A model generated the notes under the pieces. That model worked only from the letters and a program-made list of their open reading frames with translations, had not been told where the DNA came from and searched no databases. DNA of 64,000 bases, taken from a virus. Positions 9,279 through 19,317 of this stretch are shown here, one piece after another; position 1 is the stretch's first letter; each line of letters begins with the position of its first letter. The stretch is taken from the IMG/VR virus record IMGVR_UViG_3300027741_000020; one strand, 5' to 3'. Position numbers and translations under genes: made by a program.

Positions 9279-11735
9279 ATGCCATTCCCATATTTAACGC
9301 CATTCCTGCCTTGGATAACCGATATATTGCAAGAAAGAGAAGATAATCAAGTATCAAATATATTTAAAAATCCATATGCAATGATAACATCAGCTGCGTT
9401 GGTAGTGCAGGGTGCAGGGATTGCATCAAATGATGAAAAAACTCGTGCAGAAGATATTGAAAATAAAATAAAAAATCCACCACCAGAATCATATAAAGGG
9501 TGCATTATTGCAAATAACATAAATTCACTAGCTTTATCATATTCAACTGCGGAAACGATAGTTGGAATTGATTTTGACGGTAAACCTATTAAAGTAGCTA
9601 ACGGAGAAACCGGTAGAAAAGTATCAACTCCAATAATAGAATCAATTACAATGGACTCCGGTGGTACAAATGCTGCATTAAAAAGCGCAAAGGTTACAGT
9701 TAGATGCTTTACATTAAAGCAGTTTGAAATGTTTGAATTGTTTTTTATGAAACCTGGTATGAGTGTAATCGTTGAATGGGGTGATTCTACAATATTAACA
9801 ACTAAACCAAAACCAGCTGGAACTACAAACGGTACACCCGTAACAAATAAACGTAGTCATAATACGTTTCAAAATGGAACGAAAGTCGAAGTAAAGCCAT
9901 TCAAAGACCCATCGGAGGCATTAATTATCAATCAAGATGGTAATAAAACATATGATACATTTTGTAAAAACTTTTCAAAATATTTTAGATCGGATACAAC
10001 TGCGATTGCAAAATATTTAGAAAGAATTGAAAACTCATTAGGTTCATACGATTTAGTGGCTGGTAAAGTTTTAGATTATTCGTTTTCTATAAATGAAGAT
10101 GGGACATATAGTTGTAATTTTGAAGTTTCACAGGGAAATCAGATAAATATGGCAATACCATGTAACCCAACTAAAGATTCATCAAAAGAAAAAACAAAAT
10201 CAAATGATGTTGATATAACTAAAACGACACAAATAATTGAACAAATAGCATCAGATTTTAATTTAGATTCCGATATATTTAAACAAATACTCAAAGATAA
10301 AGTAGTTGAGCATGCAGATGGAACTAAGGAAACTGATTGGAGTAGGGATTGGTTCAACTTCTTAAAAATAAATAAGCTACAAAAAGATACCGTAGCATCA
10401 TCGGATGCGTATATATCATTACGATTTATATTAGTTGTATTGATGAACTATGTACTATATCAAAAGGATGGTAAAACTGCAATTGATACGGATTTCTTTG
10501 AACTAACATTGCCAGTTTTTAAAATAGGTAATAAAAAAGTTGAAGTAATTCCTGTAACATCAAATAGATACATGATATCAAGTTCTCCTGATATAATATT
10601 TCCAACTGATAAATTACCAATGCCGTTTGCTCGAAATCCTAAAGGAAAGGATTTTAAAGAAGAGGATAATAAAATAACAATACCAGATGACCCCACAACT
10701 AAAGATGGTAAAATAAATGGATATAATTTTCATTTAAGTAATCCACTACAATATAATAGCCAGCATGATATACAAATTCCATCTACACAAAATAGTGATT
10801 ATAGGTTGGGAGATGCTTTAAGTATATTTATAAAATACCAAACAGTTGTAAAAGCTTGGAGAAAATCGTATACTCGTATTGATTTTTTAGAGCAAATACT
10901 TGGCACAGTAAATGATGCAAGTTATGGATTGTTCAGACTTGTATATGGATTGCAAGATACGGATGGTAAACCAACCGTTGTGGATTATAAACTGGCGCCG
11001 CCAGCTATCCAAACTGAAAATAATAATACTGGTTATAGATTTAAACCAACTACAATTAAATCAATAGTTAAGCAATTTAGTTTTAATTTTGAAATGAGCA
11101 ACCTTGTAGCTGGTAGGACTATTTTCAATTCGTCAAAATTTTTAGATAATGCATTACAAAAATCAAATGCAAAAAATATAAACGGAGAGATACCATTACC
11201 ACCGGATGCTTACAAATCTATTGATAATTCTTCATTTGGTAATGCGGATGGATACTATTCAATTAATAATGTTGAGCTATTGGTAATGAAAGAGAAATTC
11301 CAACAGGCACAAGCACTACGGGCAAAAAATATAAAAGAGGAAGATCCAAAAAAAGAGGCAACAAAAGAAGCTCAAGATTTGAATGATGTAATAAAAAATA
11401 AATCAATTAAATTTCTAATGAATCCGGTATCACCAAAGGATCCAATTACCCTCATATATACTGATTCTACATTAATTCAAAATAAAATACATAAATCTGA
11501 AAAAGATAATGCCGATAAAACCGGTAAAAAAAAATCAACATTATCTCCGATTGAAGTTACTATAACTATTGACGGATTTAGTGGATTCAGATGTGGCCAG
11601 TATTTTAATATAGATGGTGTTCCTGAAATATATAATCAAATTGGAGTATTTCAGATTACCGAAATTTCTCATTCTGTACAAAAATCGGAATGGACAACAA
11701 CCATAAAGGCAGATTTTAGAATAATGAATAAATAG
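9279..11735 (+). CDS. Baseplate hub protein (gp27 / P2 gpD-like)
   Basis: 818 aa following the LysM-like gene; C-terminal EVTITIDGFSGFRCGQYF..GVFQITEISHSV..EWTTTIKA resembles hub proteins. Confidence 0.6.
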   Translation: MPFPYLTPFLPWITDILQEREDNQVSNIFKNPYAMITSAALVVQGAGIASNDEKTRAEDIENKIKNPPPESYKGCIIANNINSLALSYSTAETIVGIDFDGKPIKVANGETGRKVSTPIIESITMDSGGTNAALKSAKVTVRCFTLKQFEMFELFFMKPGMSVIVEWGDSTILTTKPKPAGTTNGTPVTNKRSHNTFQNGTKVEVKPFKDPSEALIINQDGNKTYDTFCKNFSKYFRSDTTAIAKYLERIENSLGSYDLVAGKVLDYSFSINEDGTYSCNFEVSQGNQINMAIPCNPTKDSSKEKTKSNDVDITKTTQIIEQIASDFNLDSDIFKQILKDKVVEHADGTKETDWSRDWFNFLKINKLQKDTVASSDAYISLRFILVVLMNYVLYQKDGKTAIDTDFFELTLPVFKIGNKKVEVIPVTSNRYMISSSPDIIFPTDKLPMPFARNPKGKDFKEEDNKITIPDDPTTKDGKINGYNFHLSNPLQYNSQHDIQIPSTQNSDYRLGDALSIFIKYQTVVKAWRKSYTRIDFLEQILGTVNDASYGLFRLVYGLQDTDGKPTVVDYKLAPPAIQTENNNTGYRFKPTTIKSIVKQFSFNFEMSNLVAGRTIFNSSKFLDNALQKSNAKNINGEIPLPPDAYKSIDNSSFGNADGYYSINNVELLVMKEKFQQAQALRAKNIKEEDPKKEATKEAQDLNDVIKNKSIKFLMNPVSPKDPITLIYTDSTLIQNKIHKSEKDNADKTGKKKSTLSPIEVTITIDGFSGFRCGQYFNIDGVPEIYNQIGVFQITEISHSVQKSEWTTTIKADFRIMNK

Positions 11736-11747
11736 TAATTATATAGT

Positions 11748-12125
11748 ATGTATACCGATATAGCAGAAGATTTGGACCAATTTAAAATTGACAAACCAAC
11801 CACAAATGTGCCAAGCCCAAATGATGATGATTATCGAATTGGATTTATTAGAAGATACTTTATTAGAAGGTCTAATGATATAGATGCGCATATATTTGAA
11901 GTAGACGATGTGGAACATTCCAAATATATAAATAACCCATTCTGGACAATAGATTCTGTTAAGTGGAGAATATCTGGCCCAATATCGCCTGTATATAAAG
12001 ATGATGGAACTCTTATAGATAAAGGTGTTACCAATTCAAATAAAGCAGCAATTGGATTGGCAGCAAAAAATCTAAAAAATATAGCACTATACCTGCCAAA
12101 TCTACTGCAATTCTACCTTAAATAA
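11748..12125 (+). CDS. Hypothetical protein (baseplate region)
   Basis: 125 aa ORF with PSPNDDDYRIGFIRRYF; function not recognised. Confidence 0.6.
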   Translation: MYTDIAEDLDQFKIDKPTTNVPSPNDDDYRIGFIRRYFIRRSNDIDAHIFEVDDVEHSKYINNPFWTIDSVKWRISGPISPVYKDDGTLIDKGVTNSNKAAIGLAAKNLKNIALYLPNLLQFYLK

Positions 12126-12130
12126 ATTAA

Positions 12131-12162
12131 TTTCGTAAATCAGAATATTTTTTGTATATTTG
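12131..12162 (+). promoter_or_regulatory. Bacteroidota-type sigma promoter (-33 TTTC, -7 TATATTTG)
   Basis: The two elements start 24 nt apart; ATG at 12169. Confidence 0.6.
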
Positions 12163-12168
12163 GTTCGT

Positions 12169-13434
12169 ATGAATTTAATAGAAAATACTCTGACATTAGC
12201 AAATTTCATAGAGTCCAAACCTAAAATTGGACTAATTGTGCCCGTATGGTCTTCGCCTAAGGCACATGAGTTTGGCAATACTATGTCATTCATATACTAT
12301 CGAACAAATGAGGATGAAGGTATTATAAACTTTAAGCATATAGATGCTGAAACTGTTGCAGAGTTCGACTTAACAAAGGTAATAGATGCACATACATTAG
12401 TTTTAGGTAATCGTTATATTAGGACTCAGGGACTAGATTATGAGTGGGTATACTTTGAGGAGTATGGTAAACCATTTGTGTTTATAGACTTCGTAGAATC
12501 GGTTTATAGAGGGTATAGGAACGATTATAACGAGATGCATGATTGTATACCATTAATGAAGTGGTATGAAATTCTTAGGACTATACCTGATATACAAAAT
12601 ATAAAAGATTGGTATAGACCATATTCAGACGCCATAACGGAATTAGGAAAAATTGAAGGGGCTGGGGTAAAGGTCGATGATAAAAAATTTATTGATACCT
12701 TTGGCTTCGATGCCCAGTATATCTACAACGGCATAGTGTATACAAAATATAATCCATACACGGTAACCGGTAGACCTTCCAATAGACATCTTAACATAAA
12801 TTACTCTGCTCTCAATAAAGGAGATAGAAGTAGAGAGTCCATAATAAGCCGGTTTAGGGGTGGTACATTGATTGGGTTTGATTTTGAATCATATCACATA
12901 CGAATAATCGGTAAGCTTGTAGGTTATGTGTTTCCTACGGGGGTTACGGCTCACGAACATCTTGCGGAATACTACGGAGTAGATGCAGAGGCTTCAAAAT
13001 CCATAACATTTACTTATCTATATGGTGGTATATCGGATGAAGTCAAAGATATACCATTCTTTCAAAAGGTGGCGGAGTGGTTAGACCGGATGTGGGCCGG
13101 GTTTGTAATTTCGGGAAATCTTACGACTCCACTATACAAACGCCGAATCCATTTTAGCCGGATAGAATCACCAACGAAACAAAAGGTATTTAATTACCTA
13201 TTACAAGCCCTTGAGACTGAAATAAACTATAAGAAAATTGGTGAGTTAAACCGAATAATGAGTGAGGTGAAATCCAAACCTGTTTTATATACATACGATG
13301 CGTTCCTTATAGATACCGAACCGACTGAAAGGGATTGGGTTTTGAGTGAGGTTAAAGCCCTATTAGAAGTGGGTGGATTTCCTGTCCGCACATACGAAGG
13401 AAATAATTACAATCATTTAGAAGTGTTATCTTAA
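12169..13434 (+). CDS. Divergent family A DNA polymerase-like protein
   Basis: TGRPSN, motif A-like GFDFESYHIRI, O-helix-like KSITFTYLYG and motif C-like YTYDAF; no clear exonuclease motifs. ATG 12169 preferred over TTG 12160. Confidence 0.75.
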   Translation: MNLIENTLTLANFIESKPKIGLIVPVWSSPKAHEFGNTMSFIYYRTNEDEGIINFKHIDAETVAEFDLTKVIDAHTLVLGNRYIRTQGLDYEWVYFEEYGKPFVFIDFVESVYRGYRNDYNEMHDCIPLMKWYEILRTIPDIQNIKDWYRPYSDAITELGKIEGAGVKVDDKKFIDTFGFDAQYIYNGIVYTKYNPYTVTGRPSNRHLNINYSALNKGDRSRESIISRFRGGTLIGFDFESYHIRIIGKLVGYVFPTGVTAHEHLAEYYGVDAEASKSITFTYLYGGISDEVKDIPFFQKVAEWLDRMWAGFVISGNLTTPLYKRRIHFSRIESPTKQKVFNYLLQALETEINYKKIGELNRIMSEVKSKPVLYTYDAFLIDTEPTERDWVLSEVKALLEVGGFPVRTYEGNNYNHLEVLS

Positions 13435-13441
13435 AAAAAGT

Positions 13442-13449
13442 ATATTTAT
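13442..13449 (+). promoter_or_regulatory. ATATTTAT putative late-promoter motif
   Basis: Intergenic, upstream of 13496. Confidence 0.5.
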
Positions 13450-13495
13450 GTCATATAATCATATATGTAATTATATAATTGATTAAATAAACCGA

Positions 13496-13774
13496 ATGAT
13501 AAAACTCAAGACACTATTACCTGAAGCGATAACTCAATCTGATTGGCCAACGCTTATTGGTAAAGAATTGGTACTAACTGGTAATATAAAATTAACGCCA
13601 AGAGAAGTACGACCTATCATAGTTACGGCAAAGGTAGGAGAAACAATTACGGTAGAAGCAACACCATATCAGAAACAACCAAACATTGTTACTGTTTCAT
13701 ATAAAGGTACGCTGTATACTGCGAATGTGACTAGTGTATTATCAAATTCAAATATAAAAATAAATAAAAGATGA
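13496..13774 (+). CDS. Hypothetical protein, probably virion-associated
   Basis: N-terminus MIKLKTLLPE is shared in style with the protein at 25590; late-type motif upstream. Confidence 0.55.
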   Translation: MIKLKTLLPEAITQSDWPTLIGKELVLTGNIKLTPREVRPIIVTAKVGETITVEATPYQKQPNIVTVSYKGTLYTANVTSVLSNSNIKINKR

Positions 13775-15594
13775 ATATAGATTTTCAAGAAATTCTTAAA
13801 GAGTTGGAGTATAGAGTACCACATGGTATTATAAACTTAAACGAAGAACATCAGGTTACAAAATTAGTCGAAATACTTCGTGAGAACGGAGTTAGCGATG
13901 CCAATGAACTTGCTCAAAAGGCAAGAGGTTATTTTGGGTTTATAAATGAAGCAGCTACAGATATTATAGTAAAAAATAAAAAATCTGGACACATCTACAA
14001 AGTTAAAAAGATGGATCCATCAGTTCATGTAGTTCCAAAACCAGCAGAAATACAGGCCGCTACCGACTTTTATGGTGGAAAATTACCAGTATCCGATAAA
14101 GACCCTAAGTTAAAAGGTAAAGCCGTATTTGGTGGTAAAGGTGCATCGGTATTTCCAAAAGATAAAGAATCCACTAAATCAAAAATAATTGGTGGTAAAG
14201 ATAAAACTCTTTCTAAAATAGACACACTTAATAGTAAAGAATACAAACAAAAACAACAACCTGATGATGCTACATTTGAAAAAAAGAATAAAGCAAATCA
14301 AGTAGGACCTCCGCCACAACTATATAAATTACCAGTAGAAGTTGTAAAAAACGCAAAAGTTCCACCAAGACATTTAGTCGCATTGGAAAGAATGATGAAC
14401 TCTAAATTCAGTAATGATACTGCTAAATGGAGTCATTTTTCCGATTTACCAGGAGGAGCAGGGCAAATATCAGCACAAGCTGGTGAATTGATGACAATGA
14501 TAGGAACTACTATGGATGACAAATCAGCAGACACATTTTATAAATCATTAATGGATCACGAAGCCGCTCAATTGGCAAAAAATCCAAATTTAAAAAATGA
14601 GGCCACTAGAATTGTAACTAAAAGTTGGATACAAGCCGCAATGAATAATAGAAAGGCAATTCGTAATAGACTATCTAAAGAATATCCAAATTCTACGATA
14701 ACAGCTGGAGCGTGGGATACGCAGGGAGAAGTTGAAGCTATGGGTTTAAAAGATTATAAGAAGAATAAAGGATATTCAACAGATGCATACTTTAAAATAA
14801 AAACAAAAGGTGGTGATGAAATATTGGATGAAGTATCTTTGAAAAAATCAACCGCAGTAAATTTCTTAAACTCAGGAACAGGTAAACTTTCGGAATGGGA
14901 TCCTAATTTACCTGATAATATTAATCCAAATATATATCAATCAAACGAAAGAAAAAATTTATATACATTTGGTTCAAAAAATGTAAAAGCATTGGAAAAT
15001 GCGGCTCAAAAAGATACTGAACTACAATCAATCCTAAAAGCAAAAAAGATGTCATTAAATGATGCATTGGATAAACTTAAAGCTGGTAAAGGATCTAGGG
15101 ATATAAATAAAGTTGTAATGGCATCCATACAATCCGCTGCAAAGCAAGGCGATAAAGCATCTCAATCGTATTTAGAATTAGTACAAAAAAACCATAAAGA
15201 ACATCAACATGCTGTTATTAAGGCTTTGGGAACTAATCCAAAATTAAAGCAAGGTATGTTGAGCTCAATAAGAGAGGAATTTCCACTTAAAGCAGTTGGT
15301 GAGGGTGAGGAATCAATGGCCATTGGACCAAATTCATTAGATAGAGCAATACTTAAAAATATATTTAAAACATCGGATTTTGACCAAATTAAACAAGGAT
15401 TAACAGCTGTGACAGATGCAGAACCGCCATATTTGGCATATAAAGCTGCAACTTCTAAAGATATTATACCAATTGCTACTATTAGTGTTAGAGAAGATGG
15501 TGTTGGATATGGTGGACAAATTAAATTTGAAATGCAATTGGATAAGCGTTTTGCTAAAATATTAGAACAAGCTAACAAAGAAATATACGGATAA
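13771..15594 (+). CDS. Large hypothetical protein with a possible PD-(D/E)XK-like nuclease core
   Basis: 607 aa; AGEL...STDAYF...EVSLKK arrangement resembles a restriction-endonuclease fold (weak). Confidence 0.4.
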   Translation: MNIDFQEILKELEYRVPHGIINLNEEHQVTKLVEILRENGVSDANELAQKARGYFGFINEAATDIIVKNKKSGHIYKVKKMDPSVHVVPKPAEIQAATDFYGGKLPVSDKDPKLKGKAVFGGKGASVFPKDKESTKSKIIGGKDKTLSKIDTLNSKEYKQKQQPDDATFEKKNKANQVGPPPQLYKLPVEVVKNAKVPPRHLVALERMMNSKFSNDTAKWSHFSDLPGGAGQISAQAGELMTMIGTTMDDKSADTFYKSLMDHEAAQLAKNPNLKNEATRIVTKSWIQAAMNNRKAIRNRLSKEYPNSTITAGAWDTQGEVEAMGLKDYKKNKGYSTDAYFKIKTKGGDEILDEVSLKKSTAVNFLNSGTGKLSEWDPNLPDNINPNIYQSNERKNLYTFGSKNVKALENAAQKDTELQSILKAKKMSLNDALDKLKAGKGSRDINKVVMASIQSAAKQGDKASQSYLELVQKNHKEHQHAVIKALGTNPKLKQGMLSSIREEFPLKAVGEGEESMAIGPNSLDRAILKNIFKTSDFDQIKQGLTAVTDAEPPYLAYKAATSKDIIPIATISVREDGVGYGGQIKFEMQLDKRFAKILEQANKEIYG

Positions 15595-15992
15595 TGAATA
15601 CACAACTACTTTGCTTATTTACTATAAAGGATGAATTGGATAAATCAATAGATTTTATACTTACTAATTACACACTAATCAATCCTAATGTATTCATTTT
15701 GGAAAACAAATCCAGAATAGAGGAAGCGTTTATAACATTCAATGTGGAGAAGGGTTCTGCGGCAATACAATCCGAATGGAAAACCATATTGGTACATAGG
15801 AAGAAACAATCCAATACTATATACACTATAAATGCCCTAAACGAAGTAGTTAAGTCCAAAACAGGAGGACAGACTGATAATTCATTTATGATTGATTGGG
15901 AAGAATTTAGAAACTGTATTCTTATTACATCTAACTTCGGCCATAAAAAAATACCTACAAAAGTATTTAAGACTTTGAATTTGGAAAATTAA
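15594..15992 (+). CDS. Hypothetical protein
   Basis: 132 aa ORF translationally coupled to the upstream gene; function not recognised. Confidence 0.6.
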   Translation: MNTQLLCLFTIKDELDKSIDFILTNYTLINPNVFILENKSRIEEAFITFNVEKGSAAIQSEWKTILVHRKKQSNTIYTINALNEVVKSKTGGQTDNSFMIDWEEFRNCILITSNFGHKKIPTKVFKTLNLEN

Positions 15993-16011
15993 AATATTTT
16001 TCGTATATTTG
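15980..16011 (+). promoter_or_regulatory. Bacteroidota-type sigma promoter (TTTG ... TATATTTG)
   Basis: Elements start at 15980 and 16004; ATG follows 4 nt after the -7 element. Confidence 0.65.
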
Positions 16012-16015
16012 TTGT

Positions 16016-16366
16016 ATGCCAGCAAGGAAATATAAACCAATAGAGATTACAACGGACTCTCCCGATAATATATTCACTACACACCGATTGGATTTAGCTA
16101 AATCAATTGTGGATGCTATTGATTTTAGCTTTCGTAATAAAAAGAGTTATGTAGATTTTGCTCATATCATAATTAGAGGTACATTAGATATTACATTATC
16201 AATAGATAGTAGAGAATATATAGACCTGATAGAAACAAATCTTCCACACTTAATAGAATTTGAAGAATACGAACTATGTGCTAAGGCAATCAAACTTAAA
16301 AATAAAATACAAAAATCAAATGAAAAGGTTACTAAGTATGTTTCGGAAACGGCAGGTACAAACTGA
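16016..16366 (+). CDS. Hypothetical protein with a C-terminal UVR-like helical motif
   Basis: EFEEYELCAKAIKLKNKI resembles the UvrB/UvrC interaction motif. Confidence 0.5.
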   Translation: MPARKYKPIEITTDSPDNIFTTHRLDLAKSIVDAIDFSFRNKKSYVDFAHIIIRGTLDITLSIDSREYIDLIETNLPHLIEFEEYELCAKAIKLKNKIQKSNEKVTKYVSETAGTN

Positions 16367-16976
16367 GCCATATTTTTGGGATGATAGATTGGCTAAATTA
16401 CCTATATGTGTAGATTTAGTTAAGAACTATCCACAAATAAAAAAAGAAGTATTAGCGTTTATATCTAACCCAGAAGCGCTACACGATTATCCAAAATACA
16501 AAATATACGGCAGCGATAATTACTTATATGAAAATTATTGGAAAGCTGTTCCTATATCCCGATTTAAAGATGAATACATTTCAGAAAATTCAAATGAGCA
16601 AGAAATGGAATTTATTAATGGTGTTATAGATAATGCAAAACAAAACTGTCCAACAATTCAAAACATAATTTCAAAATTAGAATCCGAAGGAAATTTAGCA
16701 AACTCATTTATTAGTAGATTGGTACCAGGTTCAATAATACATCCACATACGGGATGGGCACAAAATTGGATGCGTATTCATTTAGGATTAGTATGTGACC
16801 CAAAATGCGAAATAAAAGTTGGAGAAGAAACTAGAATTTGGAAAGAGGGAAAATTAATAGCATTTAAAGATGGCGGACCATATATGCACAGCGTTAAACA
16901 TAATGGAGAAACAGAAAGAATAATCTTATCAGTAGATATTTCTCTTGATTATATACAAAACTTTTTAAACAAATAA
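16320..16976 (+). CDS. Aspartyl/asparaginyl beta-hydroxylase family 2OG-Fe(II) dioxygenase
   Basis: IHPHTG, RIHLGL, WKEGKLIAFKD, HSVKHNG and RIILSVD motifs. ATG 16320 preferred over the track start at 16260. Confidence 0.85.
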   Translation: MKRLLSMFRKRQVQTEPYFWDDRLAKLPICVDLVKNYPQIKKEVLAFISNPEALHDYPKYKIYGSDNYLYENYWKAVPISRFKDEYISENSNEQEMEFINGVIDNAKQNCPTIQNIISKLESEGNLANSFISRLVPGSIIHPHTGWAQNWMRIHLGLVCDPKCEIKVGEETRIWKEGKLIAFKDGGPYMHSVKHNGETERIILSVDISLDYIQNFLNK

Positions 16977-16982
16977 ATTACA

Positions 16983-17207
16983 ATGAGCAAAGAAATGATA
17001 AACGGGCCTGCGCACTATGGTGGAGCAGATAATCCGTATGAAGTAATAAAGGTATGCGAAGCATGGGGATTAGATATAGATGCCTACCTATTCAATGTAG
17101 TTAAATATGTGGCAAGAGCCGGTAAAAAAGACCCACAAAAGGAACTGGAAGACCTAAAAAAGGCAGAATTTTACCTACGAAGAAGAATAAATAAGATTGA
17201 AAAATAA
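16983..17207 (+). CDS. DUF3310-family protein
   Basis: PAHYGG..YEVIKV, NVVKYVARAGKK and EDLKKAEFYL. Confidence 0.85.
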   Translation: MSKEMINGPAHYGGADNPYEVIKVCEAWGLDIDAYLFNVVKYVARAGKKDPQKELEDLKKAEFYLRRRINKIEK

Positions 17208-17208
17208 A

Positions 17209-17240
17209 TTTGGTAAAACCAATAATTTTTCGTAGATTTA
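17209..17240 (+). promoter_or_regulatory. Bacteroidota-type sigma promoter (TTTG ... TAGATTTA)
   Basis: Elements start at 17209 and 17233; upstream of the SSB gene. Confidence 0.6.
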
Positions 17241-17338
17241 CTATATCAAATGATAAAAAGGTTATATTTAGTAATAGAGATATTGCAATAAACCTCAAAC
17301 TTAAACTTAATTTTTAAACTTTAAAACAAACAACAAAA

Positions 17339-18196
17339 ATGGACATTTCATTAGCATTGAATCGCTTTAAAAGCCTTCAAAACACATCAAAGAAGTCTGA
17401 CTTAATTTGGAAGCCAGCAAACGGAAAATCACTTATTCGTATTGTTCCGTATAAGTTCAACAAAGACCTTCCTTTCATTGAACTTTATTTTCATTACAAC
17501 ATTAACAACAAAACTTATCTAAGTCCCGTTTCATTTGGTAGACCTGACCCAATCGTTGAGTTTGCAGAAAAACTTAAACGTACAGGCGATACCGATGATT
17601 GGAAAGCAGGTAAGAAAATGGAGCCGAAACTTCGTACATTTGTACCCGTAATTGTACGTGGTAAAGAAAACGAAGGAGTAAAGTTTTGGGGTTTTGGTAA
17701 GACTGTTTATCAGGACATATTAGGTTACATAGCGGATCCTGATTATGGGGATATTACTGACCCAAACAACGGTAGAGATATTGTGTTGGAAGTAACATCG
17801 GCTGAAGAATCGAACGCATCTTATCCTACGACCACAATCCGTGTTAAACCGGCAACTTCTAAGATACATTCCGATCCGGAAACTGTAAATGAGTTGATGA
17901 ACAATCAAAGAGAGATTACTGAATTATATTCAGAATTATCTTACGCAGAGTTAAAAACTATTCTTGAAAATTGGTTAAATCCATCGGCAGCAGCTGGTGA
18001 AGATGAAATCGTTGATGAATTAGAAGCACCAAAACCTGCAGCTAAAACCACTACAAATGTGGCACCTTTGAAATCTACTTTAGCAAAAGAGATTGAAGCA
18101 GGGCAGCTTTCAGATTTACCTTGGGAAAAGGAAGCAGCAAAACCAAAAGCAAAAGATGATGTAGCATCTGCTTTTGATGATTTATTCAATTCATAA
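17339..18196 (+). CDS. Single-stranded DNA-binding protein (T4 gp32-like)
   Basis: WKPANGKSLIRIVPY and GVKFWGFGKTVY motifs; acidic tail AFDDLFNS. Confidence 0.85.
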   Translation: MDISLALNRFKSLQNTSKKSDLIWKPANGKSLIRIVPYKFNKDLPFIELYFHYNINNKTYLSPVSFGRPDPIVEFAEKLKRTGDTDDWKAGKKMEPKLRTFVPVIVRGKENEGVKFWGFGKTVYQDILGYIADPDYGDITDPNNGRDIVLEVTSAEESNASYPTTTIRVKPATSKIHSDPETVNELMNNQREITELYSELSYAELKTILENWLNPSAAAGEDEIVDELEAPKPAAKTTTNVAPLKSTLAKEIEAGQLSDLPWEKEAAKPKAKDDVASAFDDLFNS

Positions 18197-18210
18197 TTAA
18201 AACCAACTAA

Positions 18211-19317
18211 ATGGCCAAAAAAGTAGTAGATGACTTAGCAAGTATTCTTGCTGACTCCCTAAACAAGCAAAATAAAGAAGGTAAGATTGCATACTTTCTA
18301 ACAGGAGATGGCGGTGATGCTCCAACCAATGTAAAGGATTGGGTATCCACCGGAAACGCAATGTTAGATGTAGCAATATCAAACCGACCTTATGGTGGCT
18401 TGCCTGTTGGCCGTATTACAGAACTTACGGGTTTAGAGCAGAGTGGAAAATCTCTGCTCTCTGCCCATCTTCTGGCTGAAACACAAAAGAAGGGGGGTGT
18501 TGCGGTTTTAATAGATACGGAAACAGCAGTAAATAGAGATTTTTTAGAGGCATTAGGAATGGATATATCCAAACTCCTATATGTTTCAGTAGATACGGTA
18601 GAAGGTATCTTTGAGGCTTGTGAAACTATTATTGAGAAAGTAAGAACATCTGATAAAGATAGACTTGTAACAATCGTAGTAGATTCAGTAGCAGCAGCTT
18701 CTACATTAAAAGAATTGGATGCCGATTATGGTAAGGATGGGTATGCAACGGATAAGGCAATTATCATTTCCAAAGCAATGAGAAAGATAACCAATATGAT
18801 TGGTCGTCAAAGTATAGCATTAATATTCACAAATCAATTAAGACAGAAGATGAACGCAATGGCATTCTCTGACCCTTGGACAACATCGGGAGGTAAAGCA
18901 TTAGCATTCCACGCATCAGTTAGATTGAGATTAAAGAATATGGGTTCACTTAAAGCAGGAGATAGAATTGTAGGTATTAAAGTTAGAGCACAAGTAGTTA
19001 AGAATCGTATGGGACCACCATTAAGACACGCTGACTTTGAGATTTACTTTGATAGGGGAATTGATAACTATGGTAGTTGGCTTTCTCTAATGAAAGAAAA
19101 TAAAATTGTAAAGCAAGGCGGTGCTTGGTATGAATATACTGATACCGATACTGGTGAGATAATCAAATTCCAATCAAAAGATTTTTCAAAGATATTAGAA
19201 GATGAAGCATTGAAATCACAAATATATCTAAGGATATGTGAGGCAACAATATTACAATACAAATCAACAACGGATGAAGTTGAAATAACAACGGACGTAG
19301 CATATGAGTCAGATTAA
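18211..19317 (+). CDS. recA: RecA/UvsX recombinase
   Basis: Walker A GLEQSGKS, IDTE, VVDSVAA, GGKALAFHASVRL and VKNRMGPP. Confidence 0.95.
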   Translation: MAKKVVDDLASILADSLNKQNKEGKIAYFLTGDGGDAPTNVKDWVSTGNAMLDVAISNRPYGGLPVGRITELTGLEQSGKSLLSAHLLAETQKKGGVAVLIDTETAVNRDFLEALGMDISKLLYVSVDTVEGIFEACETIIEKVRTSDKDRLVTIVVDSVAAASTLKELDADYGKDGYATDKAIIISKAMRKITNMIGRQSIALIFTNQLRQKMNAMAFSDPWTTSGGKALAFHASVRLRLKNMGSLKAGDRIVGIKVRAQVVKNRMGPPLRHADFEIYFDRGIDNYGSWLSLMKENKIVKQGGAWYEYTDTDTGEIIKFQSKDFSKILEDEALKSQIYLRICEATILQYKSTTDEVEITTDVAYESD

